Positions 1 through 13,949 are shown, numbered from the stretch's first letter. The stretch is 64,000 bases of DNA from an uncultured delta proteobacterium (GCA_963782055.1 CAWAIF010000003.1:5536001-5600000), one strand, 5' to 3'. Translations and numbers: made by a program. The notes: generated from the letters alone by a model not told the origin.

Positions 1-735
1 GACCTGGGAACCATCACCGGCCTGCACGGCGACACCATCATCGACATCTTCTCCGCGAAGGACCTCAAGACCGACGGCGCCTTCACCACCTCGCGCCTGA
101 GCTGCGACGCCATCGCCTGCGCCCCGAGCTCCGGCGGCGAGTGCCTCAAGCACGTCGAGCTGCACGTCGACTTCGCCGGCGGGCCGAACCTGGTGGTCGT
201 CCGCGACGACCCCAACACACCGGGAGACATCACCGCCTCCGTTGCCCCGCTCGCGGCGGCGTACGAGGGCCAGGAGAACGAGCTCACGGTGCAGGTGGCG
301 GACTTCTCCGGCTGGGCTGCGTCGCGCGGGGCCGCGCGCGTGCGGGTGCGGATGGGCACCAGCGCCGACGACGGCCTCGTCACCGACACGCTGAACCCCG
401 ACACCGTCACGCCGGACACGCCCGTCAAGATGCCCCTCCCCGCCACGGCGGACTTCTCCACCGAGTCCCTCGTCTTCGAGGCGATGGATGCCAACGACCG
501 GGTAGCGGACGCCTTCTCCCAGCCGCTCGCGTCGGTGGCCTACCTCTCCGATCCGGGCAGCGCCCCGTCGGTGCTCTTCGGTCACCGGAGCAACTGCGCG
601 CTCATCCTCGTGGGCGATCCGACCAACGCCGGCGCAGTGACGAAGGACCCCTACGACCCGCTCTTCGACGGCGCACCGCTCCACGCCATCGCTGTGCCCT
701 ACTCGCCGGCGTCGCCCAGGCCCGCCAGCCCATGA
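1..735 (+). CDS. 5'-truncated hypothetical (probably secreted) protein, paralogue of the next gene
   Basis: Frame 1 is open from base 1 (DLGTITGLHG...) to TGA 733-735. The C-terminus SDPGSAPSVLFG..LVGDP..DPLFDG..LH.IAVPY matches that of the next ORF. Confidence 0.8.
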   Translation, partial: DLGTITGLHGDTIIDIFSAKDLKTDGAFTTSRLSCDAIACAPSSGGECLKHVELHVDFAGGPNLVVVRDDPNTPGDITASVAPLAAAYEGQENELTVQVADFSGWAASRGAARVRVRMGTSADDGLVTDTLNPDTVTPDTPVKMPLPATADFSTESLVFEAMDANDRVADAFSQPLASVAYLSDPGSAPSVLFGHRSNCALILVGDPTNAGAVTKDPYDPLFDGAPLHAIAVPYSPASPRPASP

Positions 736-1760
736 CTGACCGCCTGCTTCTCGGCGCCGGGAGCGTCGCCGCCGCCTGTGTGCTCTGGCTGGCGAGCGGG
801 ACCATCACGGCGTGCAGCGCCCTGGCCGTCGCCGGCGACGCAGGCCAGAACGACAGGGACGCCGCGAAACAGCAGCCCGACGCCGCCATCGTCAACCAGG
901 GCGCGCCGCGCTTCGTCGTCGTCAACGGACTGGTAGACGGCGGCGCGAAGGCGCTGAACGACGTTCGCCTCTGCTTCAGCGATCGCCCCGACGACTACCC
1001 CGTGCCCGACGATCCGGCGCAGCCCATGCCGCTCAGCAGCTACCCGGGCATCGCGCGCGGGCGCGGGCTCGACCTCGGACCGATCAGCACCACCGCCACC
1101 AGCGTGCAGGTGTTCGACGCCAAGTCCATCAAGGCGGACGTCAAGGGCGGCGACGCGCAGTTCCGGCAGACGTGCGGGCAGCTCGCGGGCGACCCGAGCT
1201 CGTACGTCGAGCTGACGCAGCCGGAGGCCCCGGGCCCGCACAACCTCCTCGTCCTGCAGGACGACGCGGGGCAGAGCTCCGGCGTCAGCCTCCGGCTCGG
1301 GCAGCTCACGACGCAGGCCGTCGCCCCGGCGGACGACGCGGGGGCGACGGGGGCCCTCTACGGCACCTTCTCCGTCTACGCGGCGTGGGGCGAGGGCGGC
1401 ACCTTCGACGTGAGCATGATCCCCGGGGATGCGGGCACGGTGAGCCTGAGCTCCGCGCTCGGCTCCGCCGCGCCGTCGACGGTCGCGCCCATCCCCATCA
1501 CCTCTCCCTACGACCAGACGTCGCTGCGCTTCGAGTCGAGCGAGCCCGCGGTCACGCCGCGCACGCTGGAGCAGACCCTGGCGGAGACGCAGATCCTCTC
1601 CGACCCGACCACCGCGCCCTCCGAGCTCTACGGGCGGCGGGCCGACTTCGCCTTCGTCGTGGTGGGCGACCCCGCCAGCTCGGCCATCGGCGACGCCGGC
1701 GCGGATCCCTCCTTCGACGGCAAGGCGATGCACATCCTGGTGGTCCCCTTCTATCCATGA
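732..1760 (+). CDS. Hypothetical lipoprotein
   Basis: ATGA overlap with the previous stop; hydrophobic N-terminus ending ITAC (lipobox-like); the upstream part of ORF 141..1760 is a shadow frame. Confidence 0.8.
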   Translation: MTDRLLLGAGSVAAACVLWLASGTITACSALAVAGDAGQNDRDAAKQQPDAAIVNQGAPRFVVVNGLVDGGAKALNDVRLCFSDRPDDYPVPDDPAQPMPLSSYPGIARGRGLDLGPISTTATSVQVFDAKSIKADVKGGDAQFRQTCGQLAGDPSSYVELTQPEAPGPHNLLVLQDDAGQSSGVSLRLGQLTTQAVAPADDAGATGALYGTFSVYAAWGEGGTFDVSMIPGDAGTVSLSSALGSAAPSTVAPIPITSPYDQTSLRFESSEPAVTPRTLEQTLAETQILSDPTTAPSELYGRRADFAFVVVGDPASSAIGDAGADPSFDGKAMHILVVPFYP

Positions 1761-1788
1761 CTTTCCGCCGCCCCGGCGCGCCTTCGTC

Positions 1789-2373
1789 GTGGCGGAAGGG
1801 CCCGCGCTGATCTCAGATCGCCTCCCCGTGCCTCGCCTCTGCGTCTTCTGCGGATCCCGCGTCGGGGTCCGCCCTTCGTACCTCGCGGCCGCGCGGGAGC
1901 TGGGCTCTGCCCTGGCGCGCCGCCGCCTCGGTCTCGTCTACGGCGGGGCGAGCGTGGGGCTCATGGGCGCGCTGGCCGACGCCGTGCTCGCCGACGCGGG
2001 CGAGGTGATCGGCGTGATCCCGCAGGGCGTCTTCACCCGGGAGGTCGCTCACACCGCGCTGACCGAGCTGCACGTCGTCCCCAGCATGCACGCGCGCAAG
2101 GCGCTGATGGCGCAGAAGAGCGACGCCTTCCTCGCCCTGCCCGGCGGCCTGGGCACCTTCGACGAGCTGTTCGAGATCCTCACCTGGAAGCAGATCGGCC
2201 TGCACGCCAAGCCCATCGGCCTGCTGGACGTGGACGGCTACTTCGGCGCGCTCGGCGGGATGCTCGAGCAGGCCGTGGTGGAGGGCTTCAGCGAGCCCGT
2301 CCCCATCGCCGTCGTGGACAGCTCCGTCGAGCGGGTGCTGGACGTCCTCCTCGGCGAGCGGCCGCGTCAGTAG
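1789..2373 (+). CDS. LOG family protein (TIGR00730 type; cytokinin riboside phosphoribohydrolase-like)
   Basis: CVFCGS, LVYGG..VGLMG, MHARK and the PGGLGTFDE signature. True start may be GTG near 1828. Confidence 0.93.
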   Translation: MAEGPALISDRLPVPRLCVFCGSRVGVRPSYLAAARELGSALARRRLGLVYGGASVGLMGALADAVLADAGEVIGVIPQGVFTREVAHTALTELHVVPSMHARKALMAQKSDAFLALPGGLGTFDELFEILTWKQIGLHAKPIGLLDVDGYFGALGGMLEQAVVEGFSEPVPIAVVDSSVERVLDVLLGERPRQ

Positions 2374-2885
2374 CCTGGGACGCAGTCGTAGAGCTGGCGC
2401 GAGGCCACCAGGACCGGCGGCGTGCCGTCGGTGGCGCGCTCGAAGGTGATCCAGACGCGGAGGAAGAGCCTGGACGGCTCGCCGAGGGTCTTCAGCTTGG
2501 CGCCCACGTCCACGCCGGTCCACACCGTGATGTCCGGTCCGGTGACGTGCGCGAGCGTCGCGTGAGGTGCGGCGTCCAGCGCGGCCTCGGTGTCGGCGGT
2601 GGCGGCGACCATGAGCAGGCCGGAGTCCGCGGGGGTGTGCGTCTGGAAGTCGAAGAACTGCCAGACGGGCAGCTCGCCGCTGATGCACGCGCCCTCGAAG
2701 GTGAAGGTGGCGACGTCGTTCTCGCCGGCGTCGCCCGCGTCGACCCGCACCGGCGTGGCGTCGGCGAGGAAGGAGGCGTCGTGGCTCGGGGAGGCGGCGT
2801 CGGTGCCGCCCAGCGGCGGCGGCCTCTCGTCGGAGCAGGCGGCCGCGCCCGCGAGCAGCGCCAGCGGCCACAGGAGGCGACGCAT
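2367..2885 (-). CDS. Hypothetical lipoprotein
   Basis: [17 protein letters not shown] lipobox, DAG-rich linker, beta-rich C-terminus. Confidence 0.75.
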   Translation of the reverse strand: MRRLLWPLALLAGAAACSDERPPPLGGTDAASPSHDASFLADATPVRVDAGDAGENDVATFTFEGACISGELPVWQFFDFQTHTPADSGLLMVAATADTEAALDAAPHATLAHVTGPDITVWTGVDVGAKLKTLGEPSRLFLRVWITFERATDGTPPVLVASRQLYDCVPGY

Positions 2886-2902
2886 ACCGACAGGATAGCG
2901 GC

Positions 2903-4351
2903 TCACGCCACGAATCGCACGGGCGCCCCGAGCGCGACGGCGTGGAAGCGCGACAGGTCGCCGGCAGCGATCACCGCCAGGACCGGGTAGCCGCCGGTCG
3001 TCGGGCCGTCGGGGCCCAGGACGATGGGCTGCCCGCCTGCGGGGATCTCGATGGCGCCCGGGACCATCGGCGCGCTGGGTCCCGAATCCGCGCGGCCCTC
3101 GGCGTCACGACGGGCGACGCGGCCGCCTCCGAGGCGCGTGCCCGCGCGATCGCTCGAGGGGTCGACGGTCCAGTGCGTCGCGAGGAAGCGCTCCAGCGCG
3201 TCCGGCGGGAAGGCGCCCGCGTCCGGTCCGGGGATCACCCGGATCGTCCGGCGCTCGTCACTCGCCGGTGCGGAGAGCGCGGCGGAGGGCGGCGCTTCTC
3301 CCGCGGCGAGCGCGTCCCCCTCGCGCAGCGCGCGGCCGTCGAGGCCGCCCAGCCCGGCGACCAGGAGGGTGCTGCGGCTGCCCAGCACCAGCGGCGCGTC
3401 CACGCCACCGGCGACCGCCAGATAGCGCGCCCGCACCCCGCGGGCGGGCTCGACGGCGTAGCGATCACCTGCGTGTAGACTGCATGCATCTCCGGACGCG
3501 GTGGCGACGCGCGCCTCGCTCGTCGCGCGCAGCACCAGGCGGCCGAGCACCTCCACGGCCGCCGCGCCTGGCGGGTTGCCCACCGCGGCGTTGGCCGCGG
3601 CGAGCGCCTGCGGCACCAGCGCACCGCCGGCGGGCACGCCCTCGTGCGCGTGCCCCGGACGGCCGAGGTCCTGCACAGTGCACAGGCCGAGCGCCTTCTC
3701 CACACGCAGGACCGGGTCGGGCGCCGGAGCGCGCGGACGCGGTGCCTCGGCGGGCGCGACGTCGCCCTGGACGAAGCGGAGGTGATCGCCCGCCCGGAGC
3801 AGCGCGCCACGCTCCGGATCGAAGAGCGGCGGCCCCAGCGCCCGCCCGAGGAGATGCCACCCGCCCGCGCTGGCGAAGGGGTAGACGCCGGTGTACGCGC
3901 CGGCGACGCCGATGGCGCCCGCCGGCACGCGCGCACGCGGCGCGGCACGGCGCGGCAGGCGCAGCGGCCCCGGCACGTCACCCAGGTACGCGAAGCCGGG
4001 CAGGAAGCCCATCATCCGCACCTCGTAGTCGGCGCTCGCGTGCAGGCGCGCGGCGTCCCCGGCGCTCATGCCGGCGGCGGCGGCGACCGCCGCGAGATCC
4101 TCGCCGTCGTAGCGCGCCACGATCTCCACCCGGCGAGGCGCGGTCGGCGGCGCGCGCAGCGCGCTCAGCGCGGCGACGGCGTCGTCGTCGACCGCCGGCA
4201 CCCCTTCGAAGATCACGCCGACGTGCGCCTCGGTGACGACGGCGTCCACCACGCCCGGCCACGCGCGCACGGCCTCGCGCAGGGCGGCGGCGGAGGTGCC
4301 GGGCGGGCAATCGATGCGCACCGCGCGGTCGCCCAGCGGCCGGACCGTCAT
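2903..4351 (-). CDS. pxpBC: Fused 5-oxoprolinase subunits B+C (allophanate hydrolase subunit 1/2-like carboxyltransferase domains)
   Basis: [23 protein letters not shown] and [11 protein letters not shown] (PxpB); TVQDLGR, GSRST and DGPTTGGYP (PxpC). The ATG overlaps the pxpA stop. Confidence 0.9.
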   Translation of the reverse strand: MTVRPLGDRAVRIDCPPGTSAAALREAVRAWPGVVDAVVTEAHVGVIFEGVPAVDDDAVAALSALRAPPTAPRRVEIVARYDGEDLAAVAAAAGMSAGDAARLHASADYEVRMMGFLPGFAYLGDVPGPLRLPRRAAPRARVPAGAIGVAGAYTGVYPFASAGGWHLLGRALGPPLFDPERGALLRAGDHLRFVQGDVAPAEAPRPRAPAPDPVLRVEKALGLCTVQDLGRPGHAHEGVPAGGALVPQALAAANAAVGNPPGAAAVEVLGRLVLRATSEARVATASGDACSLHAGDRYAVEPARGVRARYLAVAGGVDAPLVLGSRSTLLVAGLGGLDGRALREGDALAAGEAPPSAALSAPASDERRTIRVIPGPDAGAFPPDALERFLATHWTVDPSSDRAGTRLGGGRVARRDAEGRADSGPSAPMVPGAIEIPAGGQPIVLGPDGPTTGGYPVLAVIAAGDLSRFHAVALGAPVRFVA

Positions 4352-5052
4352 GCGGGCCCGCGTGCCAGGCCGTCGAGCGCGGCGCGCACCGCCCGAACCA
4401 CCGCCAGCGCGCCCGCCGTGTCGCCGTGGACGCACACGGTGTCCACGTCCGTCGCGATCGCGACGGCGCGCGCGGCGGCGGCGGCGGGGTCCTCGATCAT
4501 CGCGCCGGGCTGCCCGCGGGGGACGAGCGAGCCGTCGGGGAGCACCCCGCGATCGGCGAAGCCCTCCCGCGCGTAGGCGAGGCCGAGCTCGGTGCACGCC
4601 TCGCGCAGCGCGCCGGAAGGCGGACCGATGACCGTCCCCTCCCAGCCCAGCGCCTCGGTGATGGCGCGCAGCGCCGCCCGCGCCACCGCGGGATCGCGTC
4701 CGGCGGCGTGGTAGAGCGCGCCGTGCAGCTTGACGTAGGGCACCGCCACCTTCTCCCGTCGCGCCACCGAGGCGAGGGCGTGGCACTGCTCGGCGACCGC
4801 AGCCTCCAGCGCCTGCGGCGTCAGATCCATCGGCCGCCGCCCGAAGCCCTCGCGGTCCGGATACGAGGGGTGCGCCCCCACCGCCGTCCCGACTTGTTTG
4901 CAGATTACAACTACACGCCGCATGGACTTCTCGTCGCCCGCGTGCCCGCCGCAGGCCACGTTCACCACGTGGGCGAGGGCGTAGAGCTCCTCTGGCTCGC
5001 CGGGCATCTCGCCCGCGTCGACGTTCAGAAAGGGCGCCGCGCGTAGGGTCAC
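4348..5052 (-). CDS. pxpA: 5-oxoprolinase subunit A (LamB/YcsF family)
   Basis: LNVDAGE, NVACGGHAGD, GAHPSYPDREGFGRR, KLHGALY, EGFADR and TVCVHGD motifs; GTG start inferred. Confidence 0.93.
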   Translation of the reverse strand: MTLRAAPFLNVDAGEMPGEPEELYALAHVVNVACGGHAGDEKSMRRVVVICKQVGTAVGAHPSYPDREGFGRRPMDLTPQALEAAVAEQCHALASVARREKVAVPYVKLHGALYHAAGRDPAVARAALRAITEALGWEGTVIGPPSGALREACTELGLAYAREGFADRGVLPDGSLVPRGQPGAMIEDPAAAAARAVAIATDVDTVCVHGDTAGALAVVRAVRAALDGLARGPA

Positions 5053-5069
5053 GCGGGTACAATACGCCG

Positions 5070-5792
5070 ATGCGCGCGTACCTCGTAGCTTCGGCACTCC
5101 TTCTGTTCGCCTGCTCCTCGTCCAGCCCGACCAGCCCCGACGATGGCGGCACGGCCGGAGACGCGGGCGGCGGCGGCGACACGGGCGCGACGGACGACGG
5201 CGGCGGCGCTGACGCCGGCCTCTACCTGCCGGCGGGCTACACCCTCGTCCCCTTCCTCTCCGACACCGCGACGACGCACACCTTCGGCCAGGCCGACCAG
5301 GTCATCGACGCCAGCAAGGATTACGTCGGCGTCCTGGACACCGACGCCGGCCGCATCGTGATGCAGCTTCTCTCGAAGGACGCCCCCATCTCCTGCAACT
5401 CCTTCGTCTTCCTGACGCTGCACCACTTCTACGACGGCATCGCCTTCCATCGCGTCATCGACAACTTCATGGCGCAGACGGGCGACCCGAACACCATCTC
5501 CGGCGCGCCGGCCACGTGGGGGACCGGGGGACCGGGCTACTACTTCGGCCTGGAGGTCACCCCCAGCCTGAACTTCGACGGCCCGGGTGTCGTGGGCATG
5601 GCGCGGACGAGCGACCCCAACACCAACGGCTCGCAGTTCTTCATCACCTTCGTCGCCTACCCCTCGCTCGACCAGCAGTACACCGTGTGGGCCAAGGTCA
5701 CCGAGGGCCTGGACGTGCTCCCCAACATCGTCCGAGGCCAGCCGCCGCCCACGCCGACCCGCATCGTCGACGCGTACATCGGGGTGAAGTAG
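5070..5792 (+). CDS. Cyclophilin-type peptidyl-prolyl isomerase, lipoprotein
   Basis: LFAC lipobox; FYDGIAFHRVIDNFMAQTGDP, GMAR and NGSQFFIT. Confidence 0.93.
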   Translation: MRAYLVASALLLFACSSSSPTSPDDGGTAGDAGGGGDTGATDDGGGADAGLYLPAGYTLVPFLSDTATTHTFGQADQVIDASKDYVGVLDTDAGRIVMQLLSKDAPISCNSFVFLTLHHFYDGIAFHRVIDNFMAQTGDPNTISGAPATWGTGGPGYYFGLEVTPSLNFDGPGVVGMARTSDPNTNGSQFFITFVAYPSLDQQYTVWAKVTEGLDVLPNIVRGQPPPTPTRIVDAYIGVK

Positions 5793-5798
5793 CCCCGA

Positions 5799-6110
5799 CT
5801 ACTGCTGCACCCCGCACTTGCCGCCGTTGCACGTGATCGTCACGTTGATGGTGAAGCACGGCCCCATGTCGCACTGCCCGCACTTCGCCTTCTTGTCGGC
5901 GAAGTCCTTCTGGTAGCTCGCCAGGTCCTTCTTGTTGATCGCGCCCGTCGCGGTATCGCACTCGCAGCACCCGGTGCCCTCGACGATGCCGACGCAGTCG
6001 TCCGGCGTGCTGCAGTCCTGGTTGTAGTCGCTCGCCTTGACGACATCCGAGCCGCAGGCGGCCAGAAGGACGAAGCAAGCACCGACCAGAGCGGACAAAG
6101 CCTTGCGCAT
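5799..6110 (-). CDS. Small Cys-rich lipoprotein
   Basis: LAAC lipobox; DYNQDCSTPDDC, GCCEC and CNGGKC motifs; high-GC3 codon usage. Confidence 0.75.
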   Translation of the reverse strand: MRKALSALVGACFVLLAACGSDVVKASDYNQDCSTPDDCVGIVEGTGCCECDTATGAINKKDLASYQKDFADKKAKCGQCDMGPCFTINVTITCNGGKCGVQQ

Positions 6111-6214
6111 GCCGGCATTCGACCACGTTTCGCAGGTGGAATCAGCCGCGAAACCACGACGCGTTGCGGCGCATCCCATGGCGGAGTAGATCCGCGCACA
6201 CGGAGCTGAGACCC

Positions 6215-8587
<2,373 letters not shown>

Positions 8588-8594
8588 GCCTCAC

Positions 8595-8690
8595 CGCCTC
8601 ACCCCCGGCCTCACCCCCCCGCCCCCCCTCTCCCTACGAGGGAGAGGGGGGAGAAGAAGGAGACGGAGACGGAGAGGGAGACGGGGCGGT
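8595..8690. repeat. REP-like GC palindrome / hairpin
   Basis: 12-bp stem CCCCCCTCTCCC-TACGA-GGGAGAGGGGGG (about 8623-8651), preceded by CCTCACCCCC repeats; a similar element lies at about 51460. Confidence 0.65.
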
Positions 8691-8737
8691 TCGCTGACTG
8701 ACGGGTCGTGGTTACGTTTGGACGTTGGAGAAATGTC

Positions 8738-9901
<1,164 letters not shown>

Positions 9902-9960
9902 CTCCGCGCCGCTCGCCGTCGGACGGACGGCTCGACTCCCCGCGCGCGGGCCGCCTGCCC

Positions 9961-10941
9961 TCAAGGCTTGGCGGGGCGACTGACGGAGTAGATGAGCGAG
10001 AGCGTGCTCGCGGTGTCCAGGTTCTGCTTTCCTGCGATGGGCACGCTGTTGTACTTCGCCGAGAAGCCGGCGGCGACGGAGAAGCCCGCGCCGACGTTCG
10101 CCGCGAGCATCGCGTCGAGGTTGACGCGCGTGCGGACGAGGCTCAGGGCGACGCGGTCCACCTGATCCGCCGCGTAGCCGGGCGGCACTTCGGGCAGACC
10201 GTCCCCGGAGCCGGCGAACCCCTGGAGGAACTCCAGGCCGGTGGTGAGGACGACCTCCTTGTTGAACGAGTGCTGGAAGCCGACGTACGCGCGCGCCGAG
10301 TGCATCGTGTTGTCGACGATGATGACGTAGGGCAGCCCCGCGGGGTCGGTCAACACCCCGCCGGAGCCTTGTTGCTCGATGCCGTAGCGGTCGGTGTAGT
10401 TGAGGTCGTATTCGAAGTCGTAGCCGAGCTCGCCCCACAGCTTGGTCATCGGCTTGTTGACGAAGAGGAGCTTGACGCCCGGATCCACGTTGAAGCGGAA
10501 CATGGTGCCCTGGAAGGCGTCGTGGGTGCCCGTGAGCTGCAGGAAGGCGCTGAAGTTCCGCGTGAAGTAGCGCTCGTAGCGGAGCTTGCCTTGCAGGTTG
10601 CGGACGGTGTCCTTCCAGCCACCGCCGGTGTCGCTGGTCGAGTAGTTGCCGATGAGGGCGGCGCCGAAACCCTCGTTGCCGGCGCGCAGGTCGAGCTTCG
10701 CGCCCCCCGTGGCGGCGAAGAGGCGCGAGTTGCCTGTAGCGAGCTGCGCGCCCAGGTTGGCGGCGGCGGTGAGGAAGTCGGTCGAGGGCTTGGTGGGCTC
10801 CGGCGCGGCGGGGGTCTTCGGCGCGGTCACGACCGTCCCGACGTCCGCCGGCGGCGCTCCCGTCGGACCGCCACCCTGCGCGTAGACGGGCGTCGCGATC
10901 AGATTGGCCACGACGAACGTGGCAGTCGCAATTCGCTTCAT
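9961..10941 (-). CDS. DUF481-like outer membrane beta-barrel protein
   Basis: Signal peptide (VYA-Q); ATGNS motif, RYERYFT, GYDFEYD, alternating beta-strands and terminal LSLIYS. Confidence 0.75.
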   Translation of the reverse strand: MKRIATATFVVANLIATPVYAQGGGPTGAPPADVGTVVTAPKTPAAPEPTKPSTDFLTAAANLGAQLATGNSRLFAATGGAKLDLRAGNEGFGAALIGNYSTSDTGGGWKDTVRNLQGKLRYERYFTRNFSAFLQLTGTHDAFQGTMFRFNVDPGVKLLFVNKPMTKLWGELGYDFEYDLNYTDRYGIEQQGSGGVLTDPAGLPYVIIVDNTMHSARAYVGFQHSFNKEVVLTTGLEFLQGFAGSGDGLPEVPPGYAADQVDRVALSLVRTRVNLDAMLAANVGAGFSVAAGFSAKYNSVPIAGKQNLDTASTLSLIYSVSRPAKP

Positions 10942-11116
10942 GACGTTCGCCCTCCCGGCGGATGCTTCCCTCGCCGTCTACGCAACAGGCGTGCCACCCC
11001 GCGTCGGGGCTCGGAGGAGGCCGTGGCGACGTGACCGTCGCCTGCGGCGCGCGCGTCGATTGCGACGTCATGAATGAGCTGCGGCGTGCGTGGGCTGGCG
11101 CGGCGGCGGGGAGGCC

Positions 11117-12136
11117 TCAGAAGCTCCCGCGCACCCCGGCGTAGCTCGGACCCACCGCCAGTGACGCCGACGCGTGCCCCGGCGCGCGCGGGCCGGTGAT
11201 GCTCAGCACGAAGAGCGTCGCTCCCGCGGCGATCCCGATGAACCCGAGCACCAGCCCGAAGTCCGCCACCCCCTGCTGCGTGCGGCCGGAGGAGACCTCG
11301 TCCGCCTTCGACGCCGGACACGGCGCCGTCCCGCACGCGGTCTTCAGACCGTTGTAGGTGGACGTCGCCATCGCGCCGGCGATGGTGAAGGTGAGGAGCC
11401 CGGCGGCGCCAACGCCGCCGGCCACGTAGGCCCACGGCCGGAGGAAGGCGCGGGTGCGCGGGCCGCCGGTGTCGGTGGCCACCGCGCCTGGTGCCGCGCC
11501 GCCGCCGCCCTCGGTCGGGGCCTCGGCGACGCCCTCGGCGCCGGCGTCCATGTCGACGGTCAGGTCGTGCCCGGCCGCCACCGTGACCGTCTTGCGGACC
11601 GGCAGCACACCCGGGGTGATGACCTCCACGTCCACCGAGCCGGGGTTGACCGGCACCGGATCGTGCCAGCCGGCGCGCACGATGGGGCTGCCGGCGACAC
11701 GGAGGGTGGAGGAGCCGTTGGGGTGCGTCACGTTGACGTGAAGGAAGCCGATCTTCGGCTTGATGGCGTCGCGCTCGGCGCCGGCGGCCTGCGCCGCCTT
11801 GCCGTAGCGGCCGTCCTCGTGCTCGTGCTCCTTGGCGTCGGCGGCGGTGCGATCGAACTCCACGTACGCGGCGACGAGGTGCCCGGTCTGCTGCAGACAG
11901 CGCGCGATGTACAGGCGCGTGTTGGGGCTGGCCACGATCTCGATGGACGCCCGGAACTCCTCCAGCGCCTCGGTGTAGTGGGCGCCGTCGTAGAGCTTCT
12001 TCGCCTTGACGAAGTGCGTCTGCGCCTGATCGCGCTGCACCGCGGTGGCCTGCGCAGGGTCGACGCCGGTGGCGTGGGCGAGCCCGGGCACGGCGATGGC
12101 GACGGCGATGGCGAGGAGACAGGCGGTGCGGCGCAT
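11117..12136 (-). CDS. TPR + PEGA-like surface/membrane protein
   Basis: Signal peptide; TPR (ALEEFRAS..SPNTRLYIARC); beta-sandwich; two hydrophobic segments; C-terminal GVRGSF typical of myxobacterial PEGA proteins. Confidence 0.8.
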   Translation of the reverse strand: MRRTACLLAIAVAIAVPGLAHATGVDPAQATAVQRDQAQTHFVKAKKLYDGAHYTEALEEFRASIEIVASPNTRLYIARCLQQTGHLVAAYVEFDRTAADAKEHEHEDGRYGKAAQAAGAERDAIKPKIGFLHVNVTHPNGSSTLRVAGSPIVRAGWHDPVPVNPGSVDVEVITPGVLPVRKTVTVAAGHDLTVDMDAGAEGVAEAPTEGGGGAAPGAVATDTGGPRTRAFLRPWAYVAGGVGAAGLLTFTIAGAMATSTYNGLKTACGTAPCPASKADEVSSGRTQQGVADFGLVLGFIGIAAGATLFVLSITGPRAPGHASASLAVGPSYAGVRGSF

Positions 12137-12137
12137 C

Positions 12138-13949
12138 TCAGATGCCCTCCGGATCGTAGGTGGCCTTGGGCCGCGGCTTCCTCTTGACGGTGGGGGCGGC
12201 GGTGTCCGGCGGCGGGGGGGCGGCGCTCGCCGACGCCGAATCGTCGGCGGCGGCGCTGGCGCTGTCCTCGGGGGCCGCGCCGGCGCTGTCCTCCGGCGCC
12301 GCCGTCGTGGCGGTGGGCGGGGCGGTGACGGCGACGGTGGCGGTGTGCGGCGCGGTGGCCGTATGGCGGGCGGTGGCGTGCGTCGGCTTCTTCGGCGACG
12401 CTGGCTTGGTGGAGACGACCAGCGCGCGGATGCCCGCGCCGGCGAGCAGGAGGAGGCAGAGCACCCCCACCACCATCAGGATGCGGCGGCCGCGCTGCGC
12501 GCCGAGGCCTGGCGGCGGCGCCGACTGGGCGTCCGGCGCGGAGGCGACGCGCTGCGCGCCCCGCGCCGGCGTGGCGATCGCCGGCGTGGCGATCGCCGGC
12601 GCGGCGAGCGGGGAGGCGGCCACGGGCACGGGCGGCTTCACCGACTCCACCAGCGCGTCGGAGTCCAGGGAGATGGGCTCGGCCTCGAAGGACGACGGCG
12701 GCAGCACGTCGGCGATGCTCGCCACCAGGTCCGCCGGGGGCGGCACGATGCCCGGCACCGGCGCCGGCTCGTCGGTCGCCGAGGGCGCCTCCTTCACGCG
12801 CGGCGCCGGCGTGAGGTCGAGCGGGGGCGCCTGCGGGCGCGGCGCAGGCGGCGGGCCCATCTGCGGCACGCGCGGCGCCTTGGGCACCTCCGGGACCGCC
12901 ACCGGACCGGGTCGCGGCGTGGGCGGGCGCGACGACGGGCGGATGCCGTCGAGCACGCGCGCGGTGCCCGGCGGCACCGAGGGACGCACCGAGGAGCGGC
13001 GCGCGCCCGTCTCCTGCGTCTCCGGCAGGGCGAAGGCCACCCGCCGGGCGAGCACCTTCTCGCCGGCGTACTTGTCGACCGTGGCCGCCACGCGCGGGGG
13101 CATGGCGAGCTTGGAGCGCACCACCAGGCGCACCGCGGCGGCCATCTCCGCGGCGCTGGCGTAGCGGGCGGCGGGGTCGCGCGAGAGCGCGCGCTCGGCC
13201 ACGCCGGCGAGCGGCCCGGCCCAGGACGCGTCGGCGGGGACCGACGCCTTCGGCACGAGCGCCGTGCGGGTGCGCGACTCGCGCGTGGCCTTCGGAAAGA
13301 GGGGGCGGCGCGCCAGCGTCTCCCAGAGGAGCACGCCCACGGCGAAGAGATCGGCGCGGACGTCGGGATCCCCACCGGCGATGACCTCCGGCGCGGCGTA
13401 GGCGAGCACGTCCGCGCCGCCGATCGTCAGGCCGGCCTTGCCGTGGTACGCGCGCACCAGCCGCGTCACGCCGTCGTAGCCGACGATGACGTTGCCCGCG
13501 GTCATCTCCCCGTGGAAGAGCGGCGGCGCCGTCGTGTGCAGCGCGGAGAGCGCCGCGAGCACGTCCACCACCACCCGCACGCCCACCTCCAGCTGCATGG
13601 GCTTCTGGAGGGAGGCGGCGCGCAGCTCGGCGAGCGACTCGCCCTCGACGAACTCGGCCACGACCACCAGCTCGGGGCCGCTCTTGTCGACGTCACGCAC
13701 CGCCGCCACGTTGGGGTGGCGCAGCGTCATGGAGCGGCGGGCGCCGTCCTCGACGGACGCGATCGCCGCGGTCGTCAGCCCCGACTTGGGGCCGATGCGC
13801 TCGACGACCACCAGCTCGACGCCTGTCGGACCGAAGGCGTGCGCGACCGAGGTCGGCACCTTCCGTCCGGGGATCTCGCGCACCGTGGCGATCCGGGAGA
13901 ACGTCTCCTGGGGTGCGAGAGGTGTAGCGGTGTCCTGCACCCTCGACAT
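12138..13949 (-). CDS. Membrane-anchored Ser/Thr kinase-like protein, probable pseudokinase
   Basis: LRHPNV, EFVEGESL, YAAPE and RADLFAVG are present, but the HRD, DFG and VAIK motifs are degenerate; Pro-rich linker, one TM and a YDPEGI tail. Confidence 0.8.
   Translation of the reverse strand: MSRVQDTATPLAPQETFSRIATVREIPGRKVPTSVAHAFGPTGVELVVVERIGPKSGLTTAAIASVEDGARRSMTLRHPNVAAVRDVDKSGPELVVVAEFVEGESLAELRAASLQKPMQLEVGVRVVVDVLAALSALHTTAPPLFHGEMTAGNVIVGYDGVTRLVRAYHGKAGLTIGGADVLAYAAPEVIAGGDPDVRADLFAVGVLLWETLARRPLFPKATRESRTRTALVPKASVPADASWAGPLAGVAERALSRDPAARYASAAEMAAAVRLVVRSKLAMPPRVAATVDKYAGEKVLARRVAFALPETQETGARRSSVRPSVPPGTARVLDGIRPSSRPPTPRPGPVAVPEVPKAPRVPQMGPPPAPRPQAPPLDLTPAPRVKEAPSATDEPAPVPGIVPPPADLVASIADVLPPSSFEAEPISLDSDALVESVKPPVPVAASPLAAPAIATPAIATPARGAQRVASAPDAQSAPPPGLGAQRGRRILMVVGVLCLLLLAGAGIRALVVSTKPASPKKPTHATARHTATAPHTATVAVTAPPTATTAAPEDSAGAAPEDSASAAADDSASASAAPPPPDTAAPTVKRKPRPKATYDPEGI

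Noticed and set aside
4352..5182. PxpA-B-C triple fusion
   Set aside because: pxpA is in a different frame with its own stop at 4348; only B and C are fused.
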